DNA of 61,996 bases, filler included, from Limisphaerales bacterium (GTDB lineage: Bacteria; Verrucomicrobiota; Verrucomicrobiia; Limisphaerales; SIBE01), in assembly GCA_044225505.1 (NCBI GenBank). It is 4 parts of 4 records of this genome, joined end to end, with 100 filler letters (N's around TTAATTAATTAA, not from the genome) between each part and the next. Parts side by side here need not be neighbours in the genome. Positions count along the whole stretch, not along the records: positions 27,727 to 56,559 come from JBGAIN010000109.1; 3 more parts are not named here. The stretch is one strand, 5' to 3'. Shown here one piece after another: positions 28,068-38,143 of the stretch (its first letter is position 1; each line of letters opens with the position of its first letter). The notes under the pieces were generated by a model, which did no database searches, was not told the origin of the DNA, and saw only the letters and a list, made by a program, of their open reading frames with translations. A program made the position numbers and the translations under genes.

Positions 28068-29012
28068 ATGATCTCCAACCAATTGGACAAGCGGGAAAAC
28101 CTTTGCGGGCTTGGTTTGGATATCGGTGGCACGAAGATCGCCGCGGGTTTGGTCCGCCAAGATGGGACGGTCTTGGAAACGCATACCATCCCAACTGGAG
28201 CGTCGCGCGGCGGTGACGTCGTCATGGGAGACGCGCTGCAACTGGCGCGTGGATTGATCGATCGAGCCCAAACGTTGGGGCGGCAGGTGGCTGCGATTGG
28301 ACTCGGAGTCTGCGAGTTGGTCGACCCGGACGGGCAGGTGATCAGTCAAGCAACCTTGCCTTGGCGTGGGTTCGGGCTGCAGCGCGAGTTCGAGGCGCTC
28401 GCGCCGTCCAGGGTCCTGGCCGACTCGCGGGCCGCAGCGTTTGGAGAAGCCGCTTGTGGCGCTGGAGTTTCGTTTGGCTCCTTCCTTTACGTGACGGTGG
28501 GAACCGGCATCGGCAGTAGTTGGGTCTGGCAGGGCGTGCCGTTTGTCGGAAGGACAGGGTGTACCGGGACTTTGGCGAGCAGCCCGACCACCGTGCTTTG
28601 TTCGGAGTGCGGCGAGCTGCGCCGGGCGGTTCTAGAGGAAATCTCTTCCGGCAGCGGGTTGGTGCGTCGATATAATGAAAAGACCGGAGCTCAGGTAGCA
28701 TCGGCCGAAGCGGTCTTGGCTGCGGCCGAATCCGGGGATGCGGCGGCGCAGAGCGTGATCGATACGGCGGTCGAGTGTCTGGGATCCACTTTAGGTCTGC
28801 TGGTCAATGTCCTGGATCCCGAGGCGATCGTGGTTGGTGGGGGATTAGGTTCGGCTCCGGGCCGTTACTGGAACAGGCTGGCACCGTCGATCCGCAGTGC
28901 GATTTGGTCGGAGGTGCACCGGGACTTGCCGATCGTGCAGGCCAAGCTCGGCCGCGACAGTGGCGTTATCGGTGCCGCTCTGCTGGCGTGGCACTCCCTG
29001 TCGAGAATCTAG
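28068..29012 (+). CDS. ROK family sugar kinase (glucokinase-like)
   Basis: 'GLDIGGTKI', 'TVGTGIGS', 'CSECG', 'LDPEAIVVGGG', 'GVIGAA'. Confidence 0.92.
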   Translation: MISNQLDKRENLCGLGLDIGGTKIAAGLVRQDGTVLETHTIPTGASRGGDVVMGDALQLARGLIDRAQTLGRQVAAIGLGVCELVDPDGQVISQATLPWRGFGLQREFEALAPSRVLADSRAAAFGEAACGAGVSFGSFLYVTVGTGIGSSWVWQGVPFVGRTGCTGTLASSPTTVLCSECGELRRAVLEEISSGSGLVRRYNEKTGAQVASAEAVLAAAESGDAAAQSVIDTAVECLGSTLGLLVNVLDPEAIVVGGGLGSAPGRYWNRLAPSIRSAIWSEVHRDLPIVQAKLGRDSGVIGAALLAWHSLSRI

Positions 29013-29291
29013 TGTGGTGACCGCTAAGTCCTTATACTTTCGTTGCGCTCAAAACGGGTTCCTGGCGAGGCGCGACGACGAAGGATAGCCGCCGCGCTCT
29101 CTGACCGAGGAGCAACGAAGCCAGGACCCATTTTCAGCGCAACCCTTTGGGCGGCGGTTCTTTCGCGCGCTCGCGGCGTTGCTCGGTCGTTCTCCCGACC
29201 TGTCGGGACGGGTATGCGCCTCGCTCGCGCCTTGCAAGCGCGCAAAAACCCTCGTCGCGAAAGTGCAAGGACTTAGCCGTCACCACACTAG
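29009..29291. mobile_element. 283-bp MITE-like element with about 34-bp terminal inverted repeats bounded by CTAG
   Basis: Left CTAGTGTGGTGACCGCTAAGTCCTTATACTTTCG; right CGAAAGTGCAAGGACTTAGCCGTCACCACACTAG; no credible coding capacity; second copy at 56660-56850. Confidence 0.88.
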
Positions 29292-29367
29292 TCCATGCGG
29301 CCATTGCTCCCGCCTCGGGGTTGGGATTGGGATTGCCTGCCGCACCCAGACCCAGTACCAAGAGCCG

Positions 29368-29808
29368 ATGGCAACGAGTTATTGGTTGGTGAAGCAGGAA
29401 CCGAGCACCTACTCGTGGGCTGCTTTTGTGAAGGATGGCACCACCGCTTGGACTGGGATCCGAAATTTTCAAGCACGCAACCATCTACGCGGCATGAGTC
29501 TGGGGGATAAAGTGTATTTTTACCATAGCGGCGAGGAACGGCAGATTGTCGGTCTTGCCCAGGTCGTTCGAGCTCCGTATTCCGACCCGACAGCGACCGA
29601 GGGCGATTGGACGGCCGTGGATCTGAAGGTCCTGACGCCGCTCGCTCGGCCTGTGACACTCTCAGAGATCAAAGCGGATGAGATCTTAAAGCAGATGCCT
29701 CTGGTCAAATTCTCGCGATTATCGGTGACACCGGTCTCCGCGCCTCAATTCGAGCGCGTCTTGGAGAAAAGCGGCACCCGAATCCCGCGCCGCGCGCCTC
29801 GTTCCTGA
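29368..29808 (+). CDS. EVE domain-containing protein
   Basis: 'YWLVKQEP', 'WTGIRNFQARN', 'FYHS', 'SRLSV'. Confidence 0.95.
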   Translation: MATSYWLVKQEPSTYSWAAFVKDGTTAWTGIRNFQARNHLRGMSLGDKVYFYHSGEERQIVGLAQVVRAPYSDPTATEGDWTAVDLKVLTPLARPVTLSEIKADEILKQMPLVKFSRLSVTPVSAPQFERVLEKSGTRIPRRAPRS

Positions 29809-29828
29809 TTGACCTGTTCCAAATCCAT

Positions 29829-30251
29829 ATGTTTGAAACCTATTCCGTGGAGCATCTTGGGCTGGCGGCTGCTGATCCCGCGATGCTTTCTGCCTGGTTG
29901 CAGCGTGTCCTGGATGCCGAGGTGTTATACGCCGATGGGAAACAACCGCCCGCATTCTTTTTACGATTGCCTGGCGGCTTGTTAATCGAAGTGTATGCGA
30001 GTCATCGGCGATTGGAGGAAACGAGTGATAATAGCCTGGCGGGCTGGCGGCATCTGGCGTTGCGTGTTTCGTCGATCGAGGCGATACGCGACCGACTGAC
30101 CGAAAAAGGGGTTAAGTTCGACGCTGCGATCAAGCCGGCGGGCGGGAGCGGGCGTGTGTTGTTCTTCAAAGACCCGGAGGGAAATCTCTGGCACCTGGTC
30201 GAGCGCCCCGCGAATTTCAGCTGGGCAAAGCTCAACCGTGCCACGCCTTAG
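29829..30251 (+). CDS. VOC/glyoxalase family protein
   Basis: 'VEHLGL', 'WRHLALRV', 'FFKDPEGN'. Confidence 0.9.
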   Translation: MFETYSVEHLGLAAADPAMLSAWLQRVLDAEVLYADGKQPPAFFLRLPGGLLIEVYASHRRLEETSDNSLAGWRHLALRVSSIEAIRDRLTEKGVKFDAAIKPAGGSGRVLFFKDPEGNLWHLVERPANFSWAKLNRATP

Positions 30252-30286
30252 CCTGCGTCCTTCGCTTACCTCCCAGGTTCAATCTC

Positions 30287-30940
30287 ATGGCAGCTATGGA
30301 CCGATTTGCAGCAATCATCTTTGACATGGACGGCGTGATCGTCGATAGCGAGCCCCGTCACGAACGAGCTTTCCGCGAGATTTTCGAGGAAATGGGGTAT
30401 GGCGACAATCACGGGATGGACTTTGCCCATTATTATGGAAGGTCTGACCGTGCGCTTTGGATCGATTTCATCGAGAAGCACAAACCGAAATGGTCGCTGG
30501 AAGAGTTGGCCGCCTGGAAACAACGCCGCTTCTTGGATATTATCCAGAAGGAACAGCCTATTTTTGAGGGTTTGCCAGAACTGCTGGATAAGCTCGCGTT
30601 GCGTTACAAACTCGCGGTCGCATCCGGCTCGTTTCATCCAGTCATCGACGAAGTGCTCGCCATCAAGAACCTGCGGCGGTTCTTTCCGGTTGTCGTCAGC
30701 GTTCAGGACGTTCCCCGAGGTAAGCCAGCGCCGGACGTGTTTCTCCGCGCCGCCAAGCTGCTGGGCGTGCTGCCCTCCAGCTGCTGTGTCATTGAGGATG
30801 CGGCGGCGGGAGTCGATGGCGCCCTCTCTGCCGAGATGGCCGTCATCGCCATTACGAATTCGCTCTCTGCCGAACGCTTGAGCCGCGCGACGCGAATCGT
30901 TCGCACCTACGCGGAAATCGAGCGGCTTCTGCTGGATTGA
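30287..30940 (+). CDS. HAD-IA family phosphatase (beta-phosphoglucomutase-like)
   Basis: 'IFDMDGVIVDSE', 'GKPAPDVF', 'VIEDA'. Confidence 0.93.
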   Translation: MAAMDRFAAIIFDMDGVIVDSEPRHERAFREIFEEMGYGDNHGMDFAHYYGRSDRALWIDFIEKHKPKWSLEELAAWKQRRFLDIIQKEQPIFEGLPELLDKLALRYKLAVASGSFHPVIDEVLAIKNLRRFFPVVVSVQDVPRGKPAPDVFLRAAKLLGVLPSSCCVIEDAAAGVDGALSAEMAVIAITNSLSAERLSRATRIVRTYAEIERLLLD

Positions 30941-30972
30941 ACGGCGGGGGCGGTGCCGGCGAGAGGCGTCGT

Positions 30973-32022
30973 CTATTGCGCTAAAAGGCGCTTCAGATCC
31001 GCAGCAAAGGCCTGAACATCCTCTTCGCTCGTATCCCAAGAACACATCAGGCGGCATCCGCCTTTGCCGATAAAGGTATAGAAACGCCACCCGAGCTCGC
31101 GGAGACCCGCGATCGCATGCTCGGGAAGTTGCACGAAGACGGAGTTTGCCTGGCGTGGAAACATGAAGCTCACGCCGGGAAGATTGGTCAGTTGCTGCTG
31201 CAACAAACTCGCCATGGCGTTGGCGTGCCCAGCCCGGTGCAGCCAAGCATTATCCTGCAATAACCCGACCCAGGGCGCCGCGAGAAACCGCATTTTTGAG
31301 GCTAACTGTCCGGATTGTTTGCAGCGGTAGTCGAATTCGTGCGCCAATTCCCGGTTGAAAAACACAACCGCGTCGCCCACGGGCGTGCCGTTCTTCGTTC
31401 CTCCGAAACAAAGCACATCGACTCCAGCTTCCCACGTGATTTTGCGCGGAGCCACACCCAGGCTCGCCACCGCATTGGCAAACCGCGCGCCGTCCATGTG
31501 GACTTTCAGTCCGAGACGTCGGGCGATATCTCCAATCGCCTTGATCTCTTCGGGGGCGTAGATGGTGCCTACCTCAGTCGCCTGTGTGACACTGACCACA
31601 CGAGGTTTTGGGTAGTGGATGTCCGTCCGACGGAGCACCATTCGCTCGATGGACGTCGGGTCGATTCGCCCGTGTTCTCCCGAAAGCAGAAGCACCTTCG
31701 TGCCGTTCGAAAAAAACTCTGGGGCGCCGCATTCATCCGTTTCGACATGGGCGATCTCGTGGCAGAGGATGCTGTGGTATGACTGGCAAAGCGACGCGAG
31801 AGCGAGCGAATTCGCCGCTGTGCCGTTGAAAACGAAAAAGACCTCGCAATCGGTTTCGAACACTTCGCGGATCATGTCTGCGGCCAGTTTTGTCCAAGGA
31901 TCATCGCCATACCCAACGGCATGACCCGCATTAGCTTCGGCCAGGGCCGCCCATGCTTCCGGACAGACTCCCGCATTGTTATCACTGGCAAACTGCCGCC
32001 GCGACTCAATCGACTTCTTCAT
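30973..32022 (-). CDS. ltaE: Low-specificity L-threonine aldolase
   Basis: 'FASDN', 'FNGTAAN', 'HMDGARFAN', 'FGGTKNG' PLP lysine motif; ATG 32022. Confidence 0.9.
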   Translation of the reverse strand: MKKSIESRRQFASDNNAGVCPEAWAALAEANAGHAVGYGDDPWTKLAADMIREVFETDCEVFFVFNGTAANSLALASLCQSYHSILCHEIAHVETDECGAPEFFSNGTKVLLLSGEHGRIDPTSIERMVLRRTDIHYPKPRVVSVTQATEVGTIYAPEEIKAIGDIARRLGLKVHMDGARFANAVASLGVAPRKITWEAGVDVLCFGGTKNGTPVGDAVVFFNRELAHEFDYRCKQSGQLASKMRFLAAPWVGLLQDNAWLHRAGHANAMASLLQQQLTNLPGVSFMFPRQANSVFVQLPEHAIAGLRELGWRFYTFIGKGGCRLMCSWDTSEEDVQAFAADLKRLLAQ

Positions 32023-32057
32023 ACTTCTGCCTACCGTTGACAGTAAAAGCCGCGAGG

Positions 32058-32861
32058 TCAAGTCTGCGCCGGACGCCCGGCGTTACGTCGCCTGGCTCGC
32101 GCGATCAGAAAAAGGCCGGCTCCAATAAACGGAATACTCAGCCATTGCCCGACATGCAAGGGCGACGATTGGCCGTAGGCAGCTTGTTCTTCTTTGAAAA
32201 ACTCTAATAAAAATCGGGCCGAGAAAACCAGCACCAAGAACCATCCCACCAGCCAGCCGACCGGCGTCTGGGCCCGCCATCGGCGATACATCAGGAGTAA
32301 TACCACAAACGTCGCCGCATACGCTGTCGCTTCGTAGAGTTGGACGGGATGACGCGCGACCGCATCGACCCGAACAAAGACGAATCCCCACGGCATCTGC
32401 GTTGGGTTTCCAAGAATCTCAGAATTGAAGAGATTTCCCAGGCGGATGAGGCATCCGGCCAGCGCTGTCGGCACGCAGATCCGGTCTAACAACCATAGGT
32501 ACGGTTGATCAGGCCGCTTTCGACAGTACAGCCAAAGAGCGAATAAGACTCCGAGCGCTCCTCCATGGCTGGCTAACCCACCTTCCCATACTTTGGGAAT
32601 GTCCCAGGGATGGGATAGGTAATACCCAGGTTCGTAGAAAAGGCAGTGGCCTAGCCGGGCACCAATGATTGTGCCCAGCACGAGGTGCGTCAGTAACTGG
32701 CTCAGATCCTCTTCATTCTTCCCCTCACTTCGAAACTGCCAACGAACAATGAGAAATCCAGCCCAGAACAAGATGGCAAACAGCACGCCATACCAGCGGA
32801 CAGTGAGCGGTCCGACACTGACGAGTTCCGGGCGGACATTCCAGACGATGTAAGCAATCAC
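32058..32861 (-). CDS. lgt: Prolipoprotein diacylglyceryl transferase
   Basis: 'VRWYG', 'GARLGH', 'GGLASHGG', 'RLGNLFNSE', 'RHPVQLYE', 'GQWLS'. Confidence 0.97.
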   Translation of the reverse strand: MIAYIVWNVRPELVSVGPLTVRWYGVLFAILFWAGFLIVRWQFRSEGKNEEDLSQLLTHLVLGTIIGARLGHCLFYEPGYYLSHPWDIPKVWEGGLASHGGALGVLFALWLYCRKRPDQPYLWLLDRICVPTALAGCLIRLGNLFNSEILGNPTQMPWGFVFVRVDAVARHPVQLYEATAYAATFVVLLLMYRRWRAQTPVGWLVGWFLVLVFSARFLLEFFKEEQAAYGQSSPLHVGQWLSIPFIGAGLFLIARARRRNAGRPAQT

Positions 32862-33092
32862 GCGATGAGCGGCATCACCGCCAGTTTCGGGATAAAGACA
32901 TATAAGCCTCCTCGTCCGATCTTAACGCTTCCATTGTCGGGGCCCAGGAAAACTTTGTCCTGTGGCCCGCGTCGCGTTCACTGGATAGGGGAGTTCTTGG
33001 ACTCTACGGCGAGCTTTCAGCGACCGTCGGGAGCCCAGCTTGAGGATTTCTGCCACAGATTGCCGCAAGTTCAAGACGTTTGCCGCGGCTCA

Positions 33093-33608
33093 TTAGGGAC
33101 CAATAAGTTCGACGAAATTGCCATCCGGGTCACGGACTGTGATCAACCGGGAATTGTTACCCAAAGAGACCGGCGTTTCACCCAGCGGTTTCACGCCCGC
33201 TTTCTTGAGCCGTTCCATCGCGCGGTCGGCGCTCGTCACATAGAGCGTCAAATACCGAATTCCGTAAGTGGAGTGAATGAAGCTCTGGTCGGCTTCTTTG
33301 CCCGGAGCGGAAGGAAACGACATGAGCTTGATTCGAGTTCCGCCATTGCCGTCTCCCAAAGCGAACATTCGCACTTGAGTCGGATGGCCATCCGTGAGGC
33401 CGATCTTGCGGCCCAATTCCGACGTGACCGGGAAGCCTGGCACTTCCGTGCAACCCAAGGCGTTGGTGTAGAACTGGGCGGACTTGTTGACATCACGCGC
33501 CACGATCCCGAAGTCGATGATAGGTTTTGAGAATACCGGGGCGTTATCCTGAGCCGTGGCGATCGCCAGCGTGCCCCACAAGCAGAGAAGAATAGAGAGT
33601 GGTTTCAT
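33093..33608 (-). CDS. Secreted VOC family protein
   Basis: Signal peptide; 'FYTNALG', 'VRDPDGNFVEL'. Confidence 0.85.
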   Translation of the reverse strand: MKPLSILLCLWGTLAIATAQDNAPVFSKPIIDFGIVARDVNKSAQFYTNALGCTEVPGFPVTSELGRKIGLTDGHPTQVRMFALGDGNGGTRIKLMSFPSAPGKEADQSFIHSTYGIRYLTLYVTSADRAMERLKKAGVKPLGETPVSLGNNSRLITVRDPDGNFVELIGP

Positions 33609-33777
33609 ACGGGAAAAGACCCTATCGCTTCTCGATCAACCAGCCAAGCGACATTCCAAGGAGAGATCCAGTGCCGCGAGGAACAAGCCGTGAAGACAAC
33701 GGGAGGTGCTCGAATCTGTCCGCAATCAATGGACCTCTTGCGGATTGCTACTGAACCTTGCCGCCCTGCAGGCGGGT

Positions 33778-34899
33778 TTAAGCAAATTGGAAGCCTGTCG
33801 GCCGCAAGGCGGGCAGCAACCGGGAACTGCCCTCGCGAGATCCTCCCGGGCGAGCGCCAGGCGAACTTCTCAGGAGCGACTCGGCTGAAGCTTCGGCATG
33901 CTGCGCGACCAGACTTTCACACGCAGATGCTTCTGTCTGACGACGCTCCATATTGAGACGCGCGAGTTCGGAAAGCTGGTCGATGTTATAAAGATAGACA
34001 GAGTTGATCTGCAGTGCGGCTGGGTCGATGTCTCGCGGCACAGCCAAGTCGATGAGAAGCAATGGACGGTCCGGACGTTGCGCCCGCGCGGCGGCCACGT
34101 CGGCACGCTCCAGAACATAGTGCGGAGCGCTCGTAGAGCTGACCACGATGTCCGCTTGAACAAGCGCGCGCGACAATTCGCTGAATGGGACTGCTTCCCC
34201 TTGAAACTGGCTAACCAACTCTTGAGCCCGTTCAAACGAACGATTGGTGACGAGAATCGATTTCGTCCCGTGCTTGCTCAAGTGCTTCAAAGTCGTCTCG
34301 CCCATCTTCCCAGCTCCGATGATCAGAATGGTCCGCTTGGACAAGTCTTCCCCAAAAATCTGCATGGCCAGATCCAGGGCCACAGACCCGACTGAAGTGG
34401 AGCAGCGGCCGATGCCAGAACGTGTCCGCACTTCTTTGGAAATCGACAAGGCCTTCTGAAAAAGCCGGTTTAAGACTTTGCCTGTAGTCCCGCTCGTTTG
34501 CGCGAGTTGATACGCTTTCTTGACCTGCCCTACGATTTCGGTTTCGCCCACCACCAGAGAATCCAAGCTGCTGGCCACACGGTAGAGGTGGCGGATGCAA
34601 GCTTCGTTCCGGTGCACGTACAAATGGGGTTGCACTTCCGCATAGTGCGCTTCCGGCGAAGCCACCCCATGGGCCTGAGCTAATACTTCCATCACGCGCG
34701 CTGGCGAAATGGTGCTTTGAGCGCTCACTCCGTAGATCTCCAGGCGATTGCACGTGCTGAGCACTAAGACCTCGTCTAAACCCGCGTCGCTGCGAAGCGC
34801 CGCTAGAAACCGTGGCAGCTGATCCGCGGTGACCGAGAATCGCTCCCGGAACTCCAACGGAGTGGTGCGGTGGCTAAGGCCGATGATGCAAAGTTCCAT
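33778..34899 (-). CDS. hemA: Glutamyl-tRNA reductase
   Basis: 'GLSHRTTP', 'STCNRLE', 'SLVVGETEI.GQVK', 'GAGKMG', 'DLAVPRDI'; C-terminal dimerisation helices short or absent. Confidence 0.96.
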   Translation of the reverse strand: MELCIIGLSHRTTPLEFRERFSVTADQLPRFLAALRSDAGLDEVLVLSTCNRLEIYGVSAQSTISPARVMEVLAQAHGVASPEAHYAEVQPHLYVHRNEACIRHLYRVASSLDSLVVGETEIVGQVKKAYQLAQTSGTTGKVLNRLFQKALSISKEVRTRSGIGRCSTSVGSVALDLAMQIFGEDLSKRTILIIGAGKMGETTLKHLSKHGTKSILVTNRSFERAQELVSQFQGEAVPFSELSRALVQADIVVSSTSAPHYVLERADVAAARAQRPDRPLLLIDLAVPRDIDPAALQINSVYLYNIDQLSELARLNMERRQTEASACESLVAQHAEASAESLLRSSPGARPGGSREGSSRLLPALRPTGFQFA

Positions 34900-35176
34900 A
34901 AAATCCGACCGGAGCATGAAGTTTCAGCAGTTGGAGAACTACACGTCCCTTGCTTTTGCTCTTCCCTATTTTGGCATGGACCGGCACCGGATAGTGCCAA
35001 GGCTGGCGACCGCCTGCCTTCGCTCCAGCACTGGCCAGCGCGGATCCGAGGCCCTTGATTGCGAAAAGTCCGGGCGCGCGAGCCGACGCGAGGAAGGCTG
35101 TTAGTTGAGAGGGAAAGGCTCCATTTCCGTTGGCTTGACAGTGTGGCCGCTTTGGATCACAAGACTTTTCTACGCG

Positions 35177-35755
35177 ATGAAAGCATTCAAACTCTTCGCC
35201 ATTCTGGTCGGCAGTGTAGTTCTTCTTGGTTCAAAGGCCGCGGACGAGCCTGGCGCCCCTTGGCAAACACTCTTCAACGGAAAAGACATGACTGGCTGGG
35301 TGCCAGTGCACGAAGTCACTTTCGACGTTGCCGACGAACACTTGCGGCTTGTCAAGGGGATGGGGTGGCTCCGGACGGAGAAGGAATACGGCGACTTCAT
35401 TCTGGAGTTTGAATGGCGCGCCTTGGACGAGCAATACGACAGCGGATTCTTCTTGCGAGCCGGCCTGGACGGCAAACCGTGGCCGAAGGATGGCTGGCAG
35501 CTCAACCTTCGCTATAACCAGGTGGGCGCTTTGGTGAAAGGGTTTCGCACGGTCGTTCCCGCAGAAACGCCGAAAGTGCCGATCGGTCGTTGGTGTAAGT
35601 TCCGCATCGAAGCGCGGGGCGCGAAAGTCAAACTCGTCGTCGATGGCGAGGATGCTTGGGAGACCGACAAATTAGACAGTCCGAGGGGCTACTTGGGCAT
35701 CCAGGCTGAGAACAAAGCTTTCGAGTTCCGCAATCTGCGTCTTCAAGCGCTCTAA
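35177..35755 (+). CDS. DUF1080 / 3-keto-disaccharide hydrolase family protein
   Basis: 'LFNGKDMTGW', 'YGDFILEFEW', 'DSG', 'GYLGIQ', 'FRNL'; signal peptide. Confidence 0.9.
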   Translation: MKAFKLFAILVGSVVLLGSKAADEPGAPWQTLFNGKDMTGWVPVHEVTFDVADEHLRLVKGMGWLRTEKEYGDFILEFEWRALDEQYDSGFFLRAGLDGKPWPKDGWQLNLRYNQVGALVKGFRTVVPAETPKVPIGRWCKFRIEARGAKVKLVVDGEDAWETDKLDSPRGYLGIQAENKAFEFRNLRLQAL

Positions 35756-36144
35756 ACCGGCCGCATCCATCGTGGATGTTGGAGGGCTTAACCCGTAGAG
35801 TTTGCTGGGAAATGCCCCAGGGAAGGCTTTCCGGACGTCTTGTCGTTTGAGATCGGTGGCAGTTTGCCAGGCCCGCCGGCGCGCCTGCAAGAGCTGGCTC
35901 GCAGCGTATCGAACGATGAACTCGTTCCGGACTTCGAGAGACCGAAGCCGAGTGTGATTTCCGATTCTTTCCCCCGACAACGGCAATATACGGTCATCCT
36001 TGAGCAAATTTGGGAATGCGAGAGGGCATTGGTCTTAGCGACATTAGCGGCGTAAATGACGGTCGGCTTTTCCATGGGCCGCGATGATGGCGGCACCGAT
36101 CGAGAGAAGCAGCCGTCCCTTCAGGAATGAAGAGTCGCAATGTT

Positions 36145-36474
36145 ATGAAAAGAATACTGACGATCTGTTTCGCTATCCTCGCAGCTTCGGCTGTCTCGGC
36201 GTGGGCCGCGGATGGAAAGGCCTTTTACGACAAGGATTGCGCCAAATGCCACGGCGCCGATGGCAAGGGCGAGACCAAGATGGGCAAGAAGCTTGGGGCA
36301 AAGGATTACACCGATGCCAAAGTCCAAGCTGAGCTCACGGACGACCAAGCCATCAAGGCGGTGAAAGAAGGTTTAAAAGACAAAGCTGGCAAAACATTGA
36401 TGAAGCCGGCTGAAGGAGCCTCGGACGCGGACATCAAAGCGGTCGTGGCATTCATGCGAACCTTTAAGAAATAA
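36145..36474 (+). CDS. Periplasmic monoheme class I cytochrome c
   Basis: Signal peptide, 'CAKCH', distal Met in 'LMKP'. Confidence 0.93.
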   Translation: MKRILTICFAILAASAVSAWAADGKAFYDKDCAKCHGADGKGETKMGKKLGAKDYTDAKVQAELTDDQAIKAVKEGLKDKAGKTLMKPAEGASDADIKAVVAFMRTFKK

Positions 36475-36666
36475 GGTCTGGCCCAGCGTTGCAGCACCGA
36501 CAAGCGGCCGCCTCGGAGCGGCTGAAGACTGACGCCCGAGGCTGTTTTTCAGGGCAACTGGACCGGTTGGTAGTGCTGCGACGTTCGGGGAAGGCAGAGC
36601 ACAGTCGTCCTGCGTTGGTTTAGGATGAACAACAAAAACTCCGCGCGGATCGTCTGACTTCAACTC

Positions 36667-38143
36667 ATGAGCACCGATAACACTCCGCAAAACCCATCGC
36701 GCCTGTCGATTTTTCAATTGGATGAGTCTGAGCGGATTGGTCGTTGTTTTAGGAAGTCTGTTCGCGTTCGTGCTGCTCTTCACGATCGATAGCCTCGCGC
36801 ACGTTTCGAATCCCTACATCGGAATCTTGACCTATTTCATTACTCCTGGATTTACCGTCCTGGGAATGGTTTTGATGGCGTTGAGGGTCGTCTTGCGACG
36901 CCGCCGCGGGATGAAAGGGATTCCGTTTGTCGCCCGTCGTCACGATTGACCTATCCCGTCGCGCGACCGCAAGTTGCTCATGTATTTCTTGGGGTGCAGC
37001 ACGGCGTTTTTGCTGATCACAGCGATCGGCACGTATCACAGTTATCATTTTACCGAGTCAGTGACCTTTTGCGGTCAAGCCTGCCACACGGTGATGGAGC
37101 CGGAAATGGTCGCTTACCAGAACGGGTCCCATGCGCGAGTTGCTTGCGCGGAATGCCATATCGGTCCGGGAGCGACGTGGTACGTTCGATCCAAACTCTC
37201 GGGCGCCTATCAGGTCTACGCGACTTTCGCAAACAAATATCCCCGGCCGATTCCAACTCCGATTTCGAATTTGCGCCCGGCACAAGAGACCTGCGAGCAA
37301 TGCCATTGGCCGAAGAAGTTCGTCGGCAATCTGGAGCGCACCTATACTCACTTCCTGAGCGAGGAGACAAATCCCGTCCACCAGGTTCGAATGTTACTGA
37401 AGGTCGGTGGAGCTGATCCCACCCATGGACCTCTGGAAGGCATTCACTGGCACATGAACGTCGGCAACAAGATTGAATACATCGCCGCAGATGAAAGCCG
37501 TCAGAAGATCCCCTGGGTGCGGATGACCGATGCCCAAGGCGCGGTCACTGAGTTTCGCACGGACAAGTTTACTAACCAGGTGAATGAAGCGTCGGTGCGC
37601 CGCATGGACTGCATGGACTGCCATAATCGTCCCGCGCACGTTCTGCAATCGCCGAATGACGCCATCGATCTCGCCATGCATGTCGGGCAGATTTCCACGA
37701 AGATTCCCTACATCAAAACCAATGCGGTTTACGCCTTGATGCAAACGTTTACCAATCGAACGGACGCGATGCAGGGCATCGCCACGTTTTTGACGGGCAA
37801 GTATCCCAGCGAACCGACGATTCGAACGGTCATTGAGTCCGTGCAACAGATTTACGAGCACAACTTCTTCCCGGAAATGAAGGCGAGTTGGCGAGCATAT
37901 CCCAATAACATCGGACACAAAGATTGGCCAGGTTGCTTTCGGTGCCATGATGGGAAGCATCAGTCTGCCGACGGCAAACACACCATCAAAGGCGACAACT
38001 GCAACGCGTGCCACGTCATCCTTGCTCAAGGCAGCGGCAATGATCTTCAGCAATTAACTCCGCAAGGCCAGGAATTCAAACACCCTGGCGAGGAGTTAGA
38101 GAAAGGGTTCCTCTGTAATGATTGTCACACTGGCGGTCCATAG
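36667..38143 (+). CDS. ImcH-like inner-membrane NapC/NirT-family heptaheme cytochrome c (reading frame disrupted near 36712 and 36925-36960)
   Basis: Three N-terminal TM helices (ORF pieces 36722-36949 and 36974-38143); motifs CGQACH, CAECH, CEQCH, CMDCH, CFRCH, CNACH, CNDCH; 'FTES.TFCG..CH.VMEPE', 'NLRPA.ETCEQCHWP' recalled from Geobacter ImcH. Confidence 0.85.

Noticed and set aside
34981..35000. Sigma-54-like TTGGCAC...TGC upstream of hemA
   Set aside because: GG-to-GC spacing is 11 rather than the required 10 nt
35788..36096. Small ORFs between the DUF1080 and cytochrome c genes
   Set aside because: Overlapping alternatives with no motif; more likely the promoter region, and no FNR-type TTGAT-N4-ATCAA site was found there
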